Source of the DNA: Octopus vulgaris
Taxonomy: Eukaryota
DNA length: 64,000 bases
NCBI GenBank assembly: GCA_951406725.2
Contig: OX597823.1
Coordinates: forward strand, 109,306,001-109,370,000
Direction of reading: 5' to 3'
The first letter of the stretch is position 1, and each line of letters opens with the position of its first letter. The position numbers were made by a program, and so were the translations under genes. The notes below the pieces were generated by a model that was not told the origin of the DNA, did no database searches, and saw nothing but the letters and a program-made list of their open reading frames with translations. This document shows, piece by piece, positions 1 to 13,788 of this stretch.

Positions 1-156
1 GCAGCGCATGCTCACTCATAGAGCACTAGTTTACAAGCAGACTATACCAAAAATAAGCTCAATAGGTAGTTTACATAACAAGCAATAGTAAAATAGTAAT
101 TTTTCCTGAGTTCATTTTCTGGACGCTATGTATTAACGGGTTAATGTCGAAATTTT

Positions 157-300
157 TGTTATTGCTTAGCGCAAGGTCAGATGCTATCAAAATCCTTTCA
201 GCTGTGACATATCTTTTTTCTTTATTTCTCTAGATCCACGTTATCTAAAGTGTCCTTCATATTTCAAGACGATTAATGTAATTCTATATTGCTTTTTCTA
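157..300 (+). repeat. Old, diverged interspersed repeat family (family D); further copies near 1650-1845(+), 7545-7625(+), 15325-15520(-), 18080-18195(-), 20580-20790(-), 44870-45065(+), 63875-63990(-)
   Basis: Recurring degenerate motifs such as 'gttgtttagc..caggtcag...tgatcaaag.cattcca..c.tgaccat' and 'gattt.gctgctatttct.gcagg'; boundaries approximate. Confidence 0.5.
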
Positions 301-499
301 TTATTTTTGTTGTTGTTTAGTCAATGTCAGCCCTTATTAAGTAGAGTTATCGTCAAAGGAATTTCTATATTTATAAGGCAGTAAAGCAGGAAAGATACTG
401 AACGAGTTGTTAACAAAAGTGCATGTTCAAAGTATAACAGATCTAAATTACTTAATTTAATTCGGAATCTCTCAGAAGAGTTTTGAGGCTTAAAGTCAA

Positions 500-1400
500 G
501 GAAAAACAAGGGACAAAGACCCATGGTAGGAGTGGAGATTTGCAAGCAAATTGATCAACCCAAGAGAGCTCTTAGAAGAATAAATGCAATAACTGAAAAG
601 AAGATGGTGAAAGAACGACACAAGAACAAGCTCCAAAGAAAGTACAACATTAAACACAAAGGAGTACGTGTACCTAAAGAACAAGGAAGCCAAAAAATGA
701 GGGAAACATCAGATGATGTTACGCTACATACCAACAAAAAAGGAAAAGCTCTTCAGAAACTATGAAATGAAATTTTTTCCAACAGCTGAACATTGAAAAT
801 GGACAACAGAGAATGATATGCCAACTACTGAAGTAGCAAAGAAATTATTTGTTCAGATATTTGGAGCAAAGATATTCAACACAGCAGATAAGCTCACTGA
901 TGAAAAAATGTTGAAGCGAAAAGGAAAATAGATAAGAATAGAATAAATATTATATATGAGAAAGTAAAAGTGATGCTTTAGAAAATAAAAAAAAAACAGC
1001 AGAAAGCTCAAGGATCAGATAGTGTTCAAGGATTCTGGTTTAAAGATCTACCAAACATGTATCGCTATTTACAGCCGTTTCTGATTGTATGGAATGTAGA
1101 ACACTAGGATGGATGACAAAAAGAAAGACAGTGCTAATACGGAAGGTTGAAAATAAGGAAGGGGGTGTCAGTGATTATAGACTTATTACATGAGACTTAT
1201 TACAAGCCCACCATTTTCTGGAAATTATTAATTGCCATAATAGACGAAGTGTATAGTTTTCTGGAGAAGGGGAATTCATTACAAGAGAAGCAAAATAAAA
1301 CCAGAAAGAACACAAGAGGAACCGTTTATCTATTGTATATGGATAGCGTGAGAGTAAATGAGATAAGAATAAGAAAAGAAATCGTAGCTGTTGGATAGAT
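500..1400 (+). mobile_element. Decayed R4/Dong-like non-LTR retrotransposon fragment (pre-RT region and RT start)
   Basis: ORF 523-765 (KQIDQPKRALRRINAITEKKMVKERHKNKLQRKYNIKHKG), then frameshifted MPTTEVAK / SDIWSKDIQH and KAQGSDSVQGFWFKDL (cf. KAPGPDGxxGFWxK), typical of RLE-type LINEs. Confidence 0.7.
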
Positions 1401-2191
1401 AGATTACGATAACCTCCCACTGTATTGGCTCTTAGAGCACCTAAGAACACACGTGGTCGATGAGACAATAAACAGACCTAAAATTCACAACGGTCCAACC
1501 AAGAATATACGTTGTTTGAGTACAATATACAATTTGTGCATAAATTTGAGGGAGATGTGGCTGTTCTTTTAGCAGATTGTGCTGTTACTGAGTGATCTCT
1601 GCGCTGATTAATGCTTCTACTATTTATGTTGTTATTATTTTTATCCTGTTGCTTAGCTGTTGGTCAAATTTGATAGACATATGATCAAAGTCATTAAAAC
1701 CATGAGCACCACATCCTTCTATCGCAGATTGTCCTGGGTTTATATTATCCAGCGTGTCCCTTACTTCCCTAGACTGTAGATATAACTTCAGGAATATCTG
1801 TCTACTATTTCTTGCAGGTTAAGTGACCAGATAGATGCTGCCTGCCTGGGTATTGTTGAGTGCAGTAAAACTGCTAAAATTGGAAGGTAGACCTACTAGT
1901 GATAACGACACTGAGAGAAACAGAAGCTCTAGTTGTATGGTGAGAGATTAGTAGTAATGGCGATTATAATAATTAATTAGTGGGAAGCGGTATCTGCATT
2001 GAGATTGGTGGTAACAGGGGCTGTTTTGTTAGACAGTTGTGTTGATGGCATATCACTAGTAGTGGAGATAATAGAACTGCCGTTGATATTTTTGTATATG
2101 TCGTAGATGTGATGCAGATTATTGATGATGGTGGTAGCGAAGATGATGTTGGTGTTAGTGTAGGTCGGGGTGAAATTTGAAGGTAGATGTA

Positions 2192-2580
2192 TTTTTTACT
2201 TGCTTCGCTCCATTAGACTGCAGCAATACTGGGACACCTTCTTGAAGGGTTTAGTCGAACAAATCGATCTTAGTACATATTTTAAGTCATGCACTTATTC
2301 TATGGGGCTCTATTTTGCCGAACCATTAAAGGAATGTAAATAAACCAGCACCGGTTGTCAAGCGGTGCTGGGGGACAAACACATATTCAAAGGTACATAT
2401 ATATATAGATATATACATACGTATATACTACGAGCTTCTGCACAGTTTCTGTCTACCAAACTCACTCACAAGGCATTGATTGGCATGGTGCTATCGTAGA
2501 AACTATTTCCCGATGTGATGCACCCTGGGACAGGACGCAAATACCTGTAGTTGCGAAGCATGCTCCTTTATCACCCATCC
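2192..2580 (-). mobile_element. SINE family B (tRNA head, CORE-like block, internal TA/TG microsatellite), diverged
   Basis: Reverse complement matches the copies at 29045-29494 and 29762-30195. Confidence 0.7.
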
Positions 2581-3225
2581 GATATGATAACAGAAAAAAA
2601 TACATCTATGAAGCAGAAAAGGCGAATTGGTGGCTATATAATTGTGTTTCTGTACTTCTGTCAAGCAATCCAGCTAGAAGTTAGGGGTCCAGTCCAGTCC
2701 TGGGGTTTTCCATTTGTGAGACTTTCTAAGAACACATCTTAGCTCTTCCTCTCCTAGTGTTTCCTATTTCAGCTCTTCAACTTCATCCAGTCTCCCTTTC
2801 TCACGTTCTGTCCAGTGACCTTCAGCATTATATTCTTTTTTGATAATCCATATCTTCTTCCAGAACTCTTCCATTTTCTCAGTCTTAGGTTCTTCCTTTA
2901 CTTCTATCTTGCTTTTGACAATTTGCGATAAAATTTCTTTGCATCCATCTTGAATACCTTGATTTGAGAATGACATTTAATTCTTTTGTCATACATTCTG
3001 AGCTGTTGGGCTTTCAGTTGTATTCGTTGATTCCCTATTTCCTAATTTGCTGGGAGGTTTATAAAATCTTTCATTTTATATTTTTGCTTGACTCTTGTAG
3101 CTTTTTCCGTCTTAGCATTTACTCCTCTAGCAAGTTCATCGAGAACTGAAACATCCGCCTGCAAAAATTCGATCTCTTTTTGTATTACAACATACCATTT
3201 AGGAGGGCTATTGACATGGTTGCTC
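2580..3225 (-). mobile_element. Decayed R4/Dong-like LINE fragment
   Basis: Minus-strand PPKWYVVIQKEIEFLQADVS, EEPKTEKMEEFWKKIW..KEYNAEGHWTERE and KTPGLDWTPNF; abuts (TAT)n at about 3247-3310. Confidence 0.7.
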
Positions 3226-3313
3226 TATTCCTGTGTCGTCCTGACATTATTATTATTATTATTATTATTATCATTATTATTATTATCATTATTATTATTA
3301 TTATTATTATCAT

Positions 3314-3468
3314 TGAGTGAGAGAGCACTGCATGCTATCAAAGTGACACTGGGGTATAATATACGAAGACCAGTATACCCATCATGACTACCCGTCTGAT
3401 AAGGGTACACTAGGAACATGCATCATAACCATATGTGCGCGACATGATGATCTCATATCAAGATAAAC
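3314..3468 (-). mobile_element. 3' fragment of an (AAT)n-tailed retroposon family; longer copy at 49431-49967
   Basis: Similar to 49431-49570 (gtgagagagca.tgca...catgactac.cgtctg...accatatgtgc.cgaca...gatctcatatca.gataaac); ends in a TAA-repeat tail. Confidence 0.65.
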
Positions 3469-3505
3469 TTTGCCTTTCATCTTTTCGGGGTCGATAAATT
3501 AAGTA

Positions 3506-3921
3506 CCTATTTCTTTACTACCCACAAGGGCATAAACACGGAGAGGACAAACAAGGACATACAAACGGATTAAGTCGGTTATATCGACCCCAGGGCGTAA
3601 ATGGTACTTAATTTATTGACCCCGAAAGGATGAAAGGCAAAGTGGATCTCGGCTGAATTTGAACTCAGAACGTAACGGCAGAAGAAATACCTATTACTTT
3701 ACTACCCACGAGGGGCTACACACAGAGGGGACAAACAAGGACAGATAAACGGATTAAGTCGATTATATCGACCCCAGTCCGTAACTGGTACTTATTTAAT
3801 CGACCCCGTAAGAATGAAAGGCAAAGTGGACCTCAGCGGAATTTGAACTCAGAACGTAAGGGCAGACGAAATACCGCTGAGCATTTCGCCCGGCGTGCTA
3901 ACGATTCTGCCAGCTCGCCGC
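3506..3921 (-). mobile_element. SINE family A, head-to-tail dimer
   Basis: Reverse complement of head GCGGCGAGCTGGCAGAA, B-box GAGTTCAAATTCC and core GCCTTTCATCCTTTCGGGGTC; body repeated with junction near 3690. Confidence 0.9.
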
Positions 3922-4247
3922 ATTAATAAATCAAGTACCATTGAAAGACTGGGGTCGATTTAATCGACTAGACACCTATCACTAAATGTCAGGCCTTGTG
4001 CCTTCAATGGAAATGATTATTATTATTATTATTATTATTATTGTCACAATGATGGGATAAATATATCTTGTTTTGTTATCATTGATGTTGGTTGTGGAGA
4101 TATTTCAATATAGCCATAATGACTGTCCATATGAGGAAGAAAATAGTAATTAAAAATAATGAAACAGACACAGAAAGATATAAACAAAAACATGAATTTG
4201 TTTTCTTTTTACTGAAAAAATCAATTTGGCACTTCTGTTTTACTGTT

Positions 4248-4280
<33 letters not shown>

Positions 4281-4759
4281 ATGTGTGTGTGTGTATTTGT
4301 GTGTCTGTGGGGGGGGGGGGGGTAATTATACTCCAAATACAGAAATTTGAAATTAGCAATATAATAACCACAATTACAATTAAGATTTTTTAAATGAAGC
4401 CATTTGTCATTGATTGATTTAACCATGGTATATTACTGGTAATGTAATGATTTTATTATTGCTACAGAAAAGAGCGATGTTACTACTTACGTGATTCCGT
4501 TGGCTGGAACGTCGACCTGTCTATCGCAATTACCGGTTTACGTGTGCTTTAGCGGAGTCTCCAATTCTAAAGATCTTCATCATGCTTTCATTACGCAGTA
4601 ACTACCTTCCTTTCACACACAGAGTAACCGAAATTTGAACAACGAAACAATAGCAACCACTGATGCAAAGATCAAATTGATAGTTGTGGTTCACTTTTGT
4701 TAAAAACGACTTGTACACATACATACATACATAGATACTTACATACACATTTTGTTGTT

Positions 4760-5119
4760 TGTACTCCGTCGCCTACGACGACGAGGGTTCCAGTTGATCC
4801 GATCAACGGAACAGCCTGCTCGTGAAATTAACGTGCAAGTGGTTGAGCACTCGACAGACATGTGTAGCCTTAACGTAGTTCTCAGGGACATTCAGTGTGA
4901 CACAGAGTGTGACAAGGCTGGCCCTTTTGAAATACAGGTACAACAGAAACAAGAAGTAAGAGTGAGAAAAAGCTGTGGGGAAAGAGTACAGCAGGGTTCG
5001 CCACTATCCCCTGCCGGAGCCTCGTGGACTTTTAGGTGTTTTCCCTCAATAAACACTCACAGCGCCCGGTCCTATGACCGCGAGTCCGCTGCCCTAACAA
5101 CTGGGCCATTGAGCCTCCA
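4760..5119 (-). mobile_element. SINE family C (tRNA-derived head, tail type 1)
   Basis: Reverse complement of 19690-20066. Confidence 0.85.
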
Positions 5120-5417
5120 CATATATACGTATCTCCACATACATACATATGTACAAATTGAAGAATATTACATCAGACTTATAAAAATATGGTAATCGGA
5201 TCTTTCATCATCTAAGAGGACAATATTTTATAATGCATCTGCGTTACCAGAGAGGATAATAACACTTGGGACCCTTGACAGACCTATAGAGGAAATTCCG
5301 TTTTACGGGCATTAAACCCACAAGATCCTGATATCACACACATAAACACACACACACACGCACTTTTATTTAGATATATCATAGCCATCACCATCAGCAT
5401 AACTCTCATCATCAGAA

Positions 5418-5644
5418 CCTATTTCTTTACTGCCCACAAGGGGCTAAACACTGAGAGGACAAACAAGGACAGACAAACGGATTAAGTCGATTACATCGAC
5501 CCCCAGTGCGTAACTGGTACTTAATTTATCGACCCCGAAAGGATGAAAGGTAAAGTCGACCTTGGCGGAATTTGAACTCAGAACGTAACGGCAGACGAAA
5601 TACCGGTAAGCCCGGCGTGCTAACGATTCTGCCATCTCGCCGCC
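5418..5644 (-). mobile_element. SINE family A monomer with 16-bp TSD
   Basis: TSD tctcatcatcagaacc at 5404-5419 and 5648-5663. Confidence 0.9.
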
Positions 5645-5897
5645 CAATCTCATCATCAGAACCATCATCAACATAACCCTCATCATCACCATCATCACCA
5701 TCCACAAAAGCATTACAACTACAAATAGCTTTAGCACTTAAAAACGACAATACCTTACAGAAAATATTTTTTGAAAAAGTCTCATTTATTGTGGTTTCAC
5801 TTATCGATAATGTCGTAATGAGAGATGAACGGTTTTGTTGGTTTTGTCTGAATTATTTTTACCGTCGTCGTTGTCCCAGTTGTTGCTGCTGCTTAAA

Positions 5898-5962
<65 letters not shown>

Positions 5963-6305
5963 TTAATAGTTGTTGTTGTTGTTGGTGGTGGTGGTGGTGG
6001 AAGTGGTAGTGGTGGTGGTGGTATTAACAGTTGTAGTTGTTGGTGGTGGTGGTATTAATAGTTGCTGTTGTTTTTGTTGTTGTTGTTGTTTGTGGAGGTA
6101 GTGGTGGTGGTGGTAATGGTGGTAGTGGTGGTAGTGGTGGTGGTATTAATAGTTGTTGTTGGTGGTGGTGGTGTTAGTGGTGGTGGCGGTGGTGGTATTA
6201 ATTGTTGTTGTTGTTTTTGTTGTTGTTGTTGTTGGTGGTGGTGGTATTAATAGTTGTTGTTGGTGGTGGTGGTGGTGGTGGTGCACCGACGGTGCTGCTG
6301 CTGCT
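5898..6305. repeat. Compound trinucleotide microsatellite (TAG)n/(GGT)n/(GTT)n with higher-order unit
   Basis: Repeated ggtattaa(t/c)(a/t)gttg spacer (7 copies) separating GTT and GGT runs. Confidence 0.95.
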
Positions 6306-6783
6306 GTTGAATATCGATATTTTAAAAAACGATATGAAAAATAAAGTAACAAAAAGCTTTATATTTCTCATAACATTTGATGACAATTCTTACTAATTAT
6401 GTCGAAATATTGAATTGCTTCATGAACCTAATTAAACTGTTTTATATTATTGTGTTGTTGTTGTTGTTATAATTTTTGTTGTAACTCTTCGTAGCTTTTC
6501 AAGCAGCTTGAAGGAGATTTCTATTAATATAATGGTTGTTAAAAGTGTGATGAAATGTCATTTTCAGACGGACTTCGATCAAAATCCTTGTAGTATTCAG
6601 TGTTCTGCTATCAAAGTCTTCTAGAGGCGAATTCTGGTTTTCATCCTTACTTGATCGTTGAATTGAAGTACCACATATATACTGGGGTCGATATGTCCAA
6701 CTCTTCGCTCAACCATAATCTGTAATATGGTTCTAATGTTTAAAACTCGATATTATTGTTCGTATGATATTGCACGTTTTTAA

Positions 6784-7180
6784 GGCGGCGAGCTGGCAGA
6801 GTCGTTAGCACGCCGGGCGAAATGCTTAGCGGTATTTCATATGCCGCTACGTTCTGAGTTCACCGAGGTCGGGACTTTGCCTTTCATCTTTTCGGGGTCG
6901 ATTAAATAAGTACCAGTTACGCACTGGAGTCGATGTATTCGACTTGATCCGTTTGTCTGTCCTTGTTTGTCCACTCAATGTTTTGCCCCTTGTGAGTAGC
7001 AAAGAAATAGGTATTTTGCCCGTCGCTTCGTTCTGAGTTCAAATTCCGCCGATGTCGACATTGCCTTTCATCCTTTCGGGGTCGATAAATTAAGTACCAG
7101 TGGAACACTGAGGTCGATGTAATCGATTGGTCCCATCCCTCAAAATTTCGGACCTTGTGCTTATAATAGAAAGGATCATT
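6784..7180 (+). mobile_element. SINE family A dimer
   Basis: ggcggcgagctggcagag head; second body starts at the aaagaaatag|gtatttt junction near 7010. Confidence 0.9.
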
Positions 7181-7879
7181 GTTCGATATTTGTTGATTAA
7201 ATTGAGAAAGAAACTAAATGTTCTGCAGCATCTAGTTCTGCCTTTTTACGTATGTGTGACTTCAAAAGACTCCAAGGTGGACTTCTTTCATGTTTAGCGC
7301 TCCTGTAACATAAATTCCCGTAACAAACTGCTAACTGAATCTCGAATGATCCGTCTCTGAAAATATATTATCGCGCATTTAGATTAGATATTAAAATGAA
7401 TGTGGATAACTGGGGGCTTTAAAATCCAAGTGTAGTTCCTCATGTTTAGAGCTTGGTTAACTTTGACGGAGTAGATCGGTGATGAAACTGAAATTTTAGT
7501 CAGACGGAACACTTAGGTCAGCAATAAACTGAAATATCTTCTCGTCGTTTTAAGATGGTAGTGTGTGATTTAAAAAAGATCTATTTTAACTGCTGGAGTG
7601 ACTAAGTAAAGGTCATTTCGTTTGGTTGTTCTCAGAGTAATTGTTTTGTATAATGCCTAATTGACATAATGTCTGCTTTGAAGTGATAAAGATTAAACAA
7701 CAACTGAAATATTATCAATGGAAGCTAGCAAGCGTTGAAAACAAAATAAAGATATGATATCTCTATCTCTCGACTAGGGTTTTAGAATCAACGATATCAC
7801 AACCAAAAGCATTGCAAATTTTAATGTTAATAACAACCAATGAGGTTTCTAAAGTGACATACTGCCTTTCACAGTCAGG

Positions 7880-8222
7880 ATTTTAAGTATCTTCTACTAT
7901 AGCCTCAAGACGAGTAAAGTCTTGTGAGTGGATTTGGTGGACGGAAACTGTAAAGAGCATGTGCGTATGTGTGCGCGTTTGTGTGTCTGTGTGTCTATTT
8001 ATGTGGGTGTATCTTTATGTGTGTTTGTCCTCACCCCAACATCACTATGACAACAGATGTTGGTGTGTGTTTATGTAGGCGTAAGTTAGCGGTTCGGTAA
8101 AAGCAACGGATAGAATAAGTACCAGACTTACAAAGAATTAGTGCTGGGGTAGATTTCTTCGAAAAAGGAACCCTTTAACGCTGTGCACCAGCATGGCCGC
8201 AGTCAAATTACTAACGTAAATG
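7880..8222 (+). mobile_element. SINE family B, 5'-truncated
   Basis: tcttctactatagcctc...gagtggatttggtggacggaaactg, TG run, then cagcatggccgcagtcaaat. Confidence 0.8.
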
Positions 8223-8243
8223 CACAATCCTTATATATATATA

Positions 8244-9416
8244 CTAGCAGTATCGCCCGGCGTTGCTCGGTTTGTAAGGGAAATAACTATATAAGCATTT
8301 TTAGAGAGTTATAGCCAAAAAATAGCAAAAAAATGCATTAAAAATTGAAAAAAAATTAAGGTAAATTTTTTTTTAAATCGTTGACACATCGTAGATATTT
8401 TTAGAGAGTTACTTCCCTTATATAAAAGCGAAAAAAATGCATTAAAATGGAAAAATATGATGGTAAATTTTTTAAAAAATCGTAGACTCATCGTAGACGC
8501 GCGCTAATACCCAGAAGGGCTCGATATGAATCACGACTATAAGATACCCGCTTTTGGTTAAACTGCACCGCAAAATGTGGGAGTAGTTACGAATCTAAAT
8601 CGAAGGGGACAGACACACAACTTCACTCTTATATAAAGATGGGTTTTTTTTTCAGTCATAGAGTTAGATTTATGAAGGTCTTCAGTAGAAAATCCTTCGA
8701 ATTCTGACTCGCTGCTTGATATAATGAAATTCGTATCCATTTTTTGTCAGAATTACAAATTTTGAAAACACAATAGGAACAAATTTCGGAAAAAAATCTC
8801 CCATAATTCACGGAATTAAAATTACACTTCGATTTTTGTACAAAACTGTATTTGAAGTGTTTACGAAGTATAATACGTGTTTTCACGAATGTACTAAAGA
8901 GATTTACTCTGATATTCTCATTTAAATATGAATAGGTAAATTCGGGCGGTTTGGTAACAAAAGGGTTTATATAAGTGTCGTCTGTTTATACATAAACACT
9001 GTTTCATACTTTCAGTTTAGTCTTGCTCAAATCACTCGCTAATTTACTCTCTTCCAAGAACATTTTCACTCACTGTTATCTGTTAGCTTCCCATACATTT
9101 TACTCATGTATCTATCAGCGTGATAGACAGAAACAAATATTACATTTACTTTCATTTTATTCGTCGCACACTGTGTGTGTGCGTTTGCGTGTGGTGTAAA
9201 GCAGACTAAGAAAAGCATTTGACACACACACCAGAATGTGAGTTTTCTGTAAATTTTGCTTAATTGGAGTTTAAATTTTAAAAACTGGACCTGGTATGAC
9301 GCGATGCATTGTACTGTTAAAAATGCCAGGTAAATTGTAATTGAAGAAATCGTATATTGTAGATTTGTATAACTCCCAAAGGGAGGCAGATAAAATCTGC
9401 CTTTTATAATAAGAGA
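8244..9416 (-). mobile_element. Composite non-autonomous Helitron (family H1) with an internal second 5' end at 8639
   Basis: Minus strand: A|TC 5' end at 9416, GC-rich subterminal hairpin ccgagcaacgccggg and CTAG|T at 8247-8244; closely matches 40899-42528. Confidence 0.85.
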
Positions 9417-9492
9417 TTTATATATATGTTTGTGTGTGCATGTATGCATATGTATATTTGCAGGGAATATGTATAGAATATGTATATGTATG

Positions 9493-9551
<59 letters not shown>

Positions 9552-9556
9552 GTATA

Positions 9557-9875
9557 TACTCTTTACTCTTTTACTTATTTCAGTCATTTGACTGCGGCCA
9601 TGCTGGAGCACCGCCTTTAGTCGAGCAAAGCGACCCCAAGACTTATTCTTTGTAAGCCCAGTACTTATTCTATCGGTCACTTTTGCCGAACCGCTAAGTG
9701 ACGGGGACGTAAACACACCAGCATCGGTTGTCAAGCAATGCTAGAGGGACGAACACAGACACACAAACATATACACACACATACATATATATATACTTAT
9801 ATACGACAAGCTTCTTTCAGTTTCTGTCTACCAAATCCACTCACAAGACTATAGCAGAAGACACTTGCCCAAGAT
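9557..9875 (-). mobile_element. SINE family B, 5'-truncated
   Basis: Reverse complement of the family B tail and CORE-like block. Confidence 0.85.
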
Positions 9876-10077
9876 GAAACTTAAGATGGGACAGAAGTGT
9901 TTTGACTCTGGTCATCCGAGGATACGCATGTACACAGCTATGCCTGAATCTTATCAACACAATATTGTATATAATTCATGTGACATTCAACAGTTAACAG
10001 CTGATAATTATGAGTTGAAACAACTGTAGTGATTTATAATAAAGACTGTTAAATCCAACTTTCCGTGTTGAAACTGT

Positions 10078-10089
10078 ATACATACATAC

Positions 10090-10120
<31 letters not shown>

Positions 10121-10216
10121 CATACATAAATACATAAATACAGAGAGACAGAAAAACAAACGAGTACATACAAACACAACCACATACATACATACATACA
10201 TACATACATACATACA

Positions 10217-10267
<51 letters not shown>

Positions 10268-10399
10268 GTATATGTATGTATGTATATGTACATATATATG
10301 TATACACGCACGTACACACACACATATATATATGCGCACGCACATACCCACACACACGCACACGTGCATCGCTTATGCATGTATATACATATCGATACA

Positions 10400-10436
<37 letters not shown>
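10078..10436. repeat. Compound (TACA)n/(TA)n/(TG)n microsatellite
   Basis: Direct inspection. Confidence 0.95.
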
Positions 10437-10444
<8 letters not shown>

Positions 10445-11321
10445 CCTGTTGTTGAATATTCACTCATAAAGAGAGTAAGAATGCGGGTGGAGTTCTGAAT
10501 TGCAGATAGTATTTATACATTTATGATTCGATTTGCAATAAAATCGAATTTAAAAGGAACGAGATTGATTCTGGATAAGGGGTTTACTTGCATCAGTGAT
10601 GCAGTGACATTGAAATTCTAATGGTTTAGTCGTAAGGACGAAGTGAGAAATAAAAAGAGGTGAAGCGATGCGTGTATAGAACTTAAATTCAGAATGTGGG
10701 AGGGATAGGAAAATGAAAGACGTGGGTAAATAAAACGATTAGGTTAGATATCTTGTCGTCAATTTATCATGACAAGCTAAGTATATTTCTTTGGCAATAT
10801 TTGAAGATTTTCTTAAATATTATTTAAGATAAATTATGTAGCTTTTTGTATTTGTATACATCCTTAAAGTGATAGCTTTTAAAAAATGATGGATGAACGA
10901 GAGAGATATAGACAACGGTAACGCTAAAGTTTTAGTTTTGTGAAGTTATATGAAGAGTGAGAGAAAAAGAACTGATAAATTCTTGTAAATGTGATTTCTT
11001 GTGTCCGTAATGTTGCAATTTGAACGGGATGTTTCGAAGGATGTAGAGACGAACGGAAGAAAAGTGACCCGGTGAAGAAAATGTTGAAATCAGCTAAATA
11101 AAGAATCCAGGTAATATATTGAATACTAAGCTTATCATGGAGGAGAGATAATCAAGTTTATTGTTTTGACAAAGTTTATAGATTCTCAAATATAGAATTA
11201 AGATAAAATATATGGTTTATTTGCGATTTGCAAAGATCGATGAATTGACAGTTTTTAACCGTGATGGATGGGTGATAGAAAAGTTTCACTTCTCTAAGTG
11301 AATTGTAGAAATATAGCGGAC

Positions 11322-11375
<54 letters not shown>

Positions 11376-11397
11376 TGATGATGATGATGATGATGAT

Positions 11398-11614
11398 AGA
11401 GATTTTGGAGCTGGATGACATTCTATGCAGAGAAATGAAAGTCAAGGTCAGTGAGGCGTATAAAAAATGTGTGAAGATGGTGTTGAAATGCAACCTGAAT
11501 GCCAAAAATTTGATTACCGCAATGAATATCTGGGCAGTTGCAGTGGTCAGATATAGTGCGTTCATCCTCAAATGGACTAGGGAGGAAATATCAACACCGG
11601 ATAGAAGGACGAGA
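11398..11614 (+). mobile_element. R4/Dong-like LINE fragment (RT C-terminal/thumb region)
   Basis: ILELDDILCREMKVKVSEAYKKCVKMVLKCNLNAKNLITAMNIWAVAVVRYSAFILKWTREEISTPDRRTR, a typical R4-clade motif; preceded by (AAT)n(GAT)n. Confidence 0.85.
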
Positions 11615-12250
11615 GGACCGATCGGGAGATCTGAAACAGTTCCATGTGGTGGCCATTAACTTTGACCACCGAGCAGATGCCGCTGTGCATTGCAGTGATC
11701 CAGCTTCTGAAGATGGGGTCGAAGCCAGCTGCCTTGAGGACAGCCTCCAGGTACCGATGGTCGACCCTATCGGATTCATCTAAATTGATCAGAACCCCTC
11801 CGAAGCCCTTTCTATGATGTCTCGCATGAAGTGGAGGTTGTGTATGGACCTGGTCGGGATTGCGCTGGTTTGCGTTTCCCTAATCAAATCACCGGCGACG
11901 AGCGCCAAACTCTTCGCTAAAATCTTGACCAGAATTTGAAACTGTGTTGAGCAGAGTTATGGGTCTGAAGTTATCTAATGTGTCCCTCTTGTTTTTGTCT
12001 TTCCTTATCAGCATCACTACCCCTCACAGAACTGGGAATACGCCCGTTCTGCTTCGAGTTCCAGTAGAGCGCTTCGAGGAGATCGGAGAACAAGTCTGGC
12101 ATATTTACGTCAGCGCTCTCATTGATCGATAGTAGTAGTAAATAAATTTGACCTCTGCTGACGCCAAGGGTATGAGGTTCATTTTGTCTCCTGCTCTCGC
12201 AGGAATGCGAAGGCCCCTTGTGGATCTCCTTCTCACCATCTGCCGTACAC
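11615..12250 (-). mobile_element. L1/Tx1-like LINE reverse transcriptase fragment, frameshifted
   Basis: Minus-strand GVVMLIRKDKNKRDTLDNFRPITLLNT, ILVKILAKSL, IPTRSIHNLHFMRDII and DRVDHRYLEAVL. Confidence 0.85.
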
Positions 12251-12499
12251 ATTTACAGGCCTGTGGAATTGAATCTATTCACGAAGCTGCTTTATTTCCT
12301 CCTGATTATCTCAAGTCGAAACTAAACAACATTTAATAATACTACACACTAGTAGGAGCAAAGATGGCAGATTTGACTAATGTTGGTAACTAACGATAAG
12401 CAATGCTATGATAGCAAGATTAAAGTAACTATAACGGTATTAATGGCGGAGTCGCTAATAGTGACAGAGACAACAACTCTCTCTAGTACACCACATCGC

Positions 12500-13290
12500 T
12501 TGTCTTATGGTTAATCTGAAGCGTGTCCCACTGGAGTGAGCCTTCCTGGGGACGAAAAATCATCTATTGGCACTAAACGCTTCCCTGAATACGAACCTGG
12601 ATGGTTACTTGAACGGGAATTGCCCCAACTCGAGTCCTCCAAGTTCGCCACCACACCCACCACAGAAAGAAAAAATATAAGAGGATCATATGGACCTGAG
12701 AAGAGTATACAGAAGTAATATACCTTTATTGCTACGCATTAGGCAGGCCATCTGAAGAGAAACACACCGCACACTCTAGTCAAATATAGAAAACACTAGG
12801 AGGGATATTTTCATTAATAAAAGACTCACAGATAGTGAAGTAACCGCGAACCAGCTCGCAGCGGAAAATGACATAAATATAAAACAGAAAGGAATTGAAG
12901 AACTAGACGAAGAGAGCAAATTTCCATGAGTCTCAATTGAAAGACTGCCATCTGACCAGAACACGCAAACGTCTTGAGAAATGAATTGTAATGAACCTGA
13001 TAAAGAAACAATATTTGAAGACTACACATTTACTGAATAACATAGACAGTCTATGATAGAACTGAAGCAGAAAATCCCGAATAAGCTTGAAGTTGTAAGG
13101 CACGTCAATATGCAAGAGAGAGAACCATTTCATAAGCTATCAAATACAATCCAAAATAGAAAACAAATTAAAATTGGAAATTAAGTAATAAAGGAAATTA
13201 TACAAGAACTAAAACGAGATCATATAGAATTAAATCAAATTAGTTACGCAGTTACTAAAACAAATGAAACCAGCCTCTAAAAAACCTGCA
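12500..13290 (+). mobile_element. Probable decayed N-terminal region of an R4/Dong-like LINE
   Basis: A-rich, coding-like sequence (IENTRRDIFINKRLTDSEV..; ELNQISYA) resembling R4-clade N-termini; many stops. Confidence 0.5.
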
Positions 13291-13788
13291 GGCAGTAAGT
13301 ACGCTACGCATGCAAGATCCAGGAGCTCCAACAAAGCCTGCGATGAAGAGAAAATAATAAAAGCAGCGGGTGGAAAGAAGATTTATTTCAAAATTTCGCA
13401 GAAGACCAGCGTTTTTAGTTGGAGGATATTGGTAAATCACATTGACAACCTCACTTGCTTATAAAAGATTGTGAATAAAGTCTATGGGTCCTAGATCGTT
13501 TGTATATTTTCATATATATAGGCCTGTCTCAATATTGAATATGGTGAACTTACGAATTCTCAATCTTGATTGTTGGAGATTTAATACATTAGCAATAAAA
13601 TGGCATATATCTTTAATCAATCGAAGATTAATTTAGGAAATATTAGTCAATAATACTGTGATGGATTTGACTTTTAGTTATAAATATTGACATAACAATT
13701 CATGTAATGCATGAATGAACAGTAAGGGTTACATATGACTTTCAGCAAGTTTTATGCAGTCTGATTGCTTCAGAGACAACAACTAATA

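Noticed and set aside
1-144. piggyBac-like right end (GGG|TTAA at 138-144)
   Set aside because: The partner TIR would lie outside the window, and a 7-bp motif alone is insufficient
12516-12565. CTGAAGC..gtccc..gggac-GAAA hammerhead-like motif upstream of a LINE fragment
   Set aside because: Core lacks A9, and stems I and III do not form
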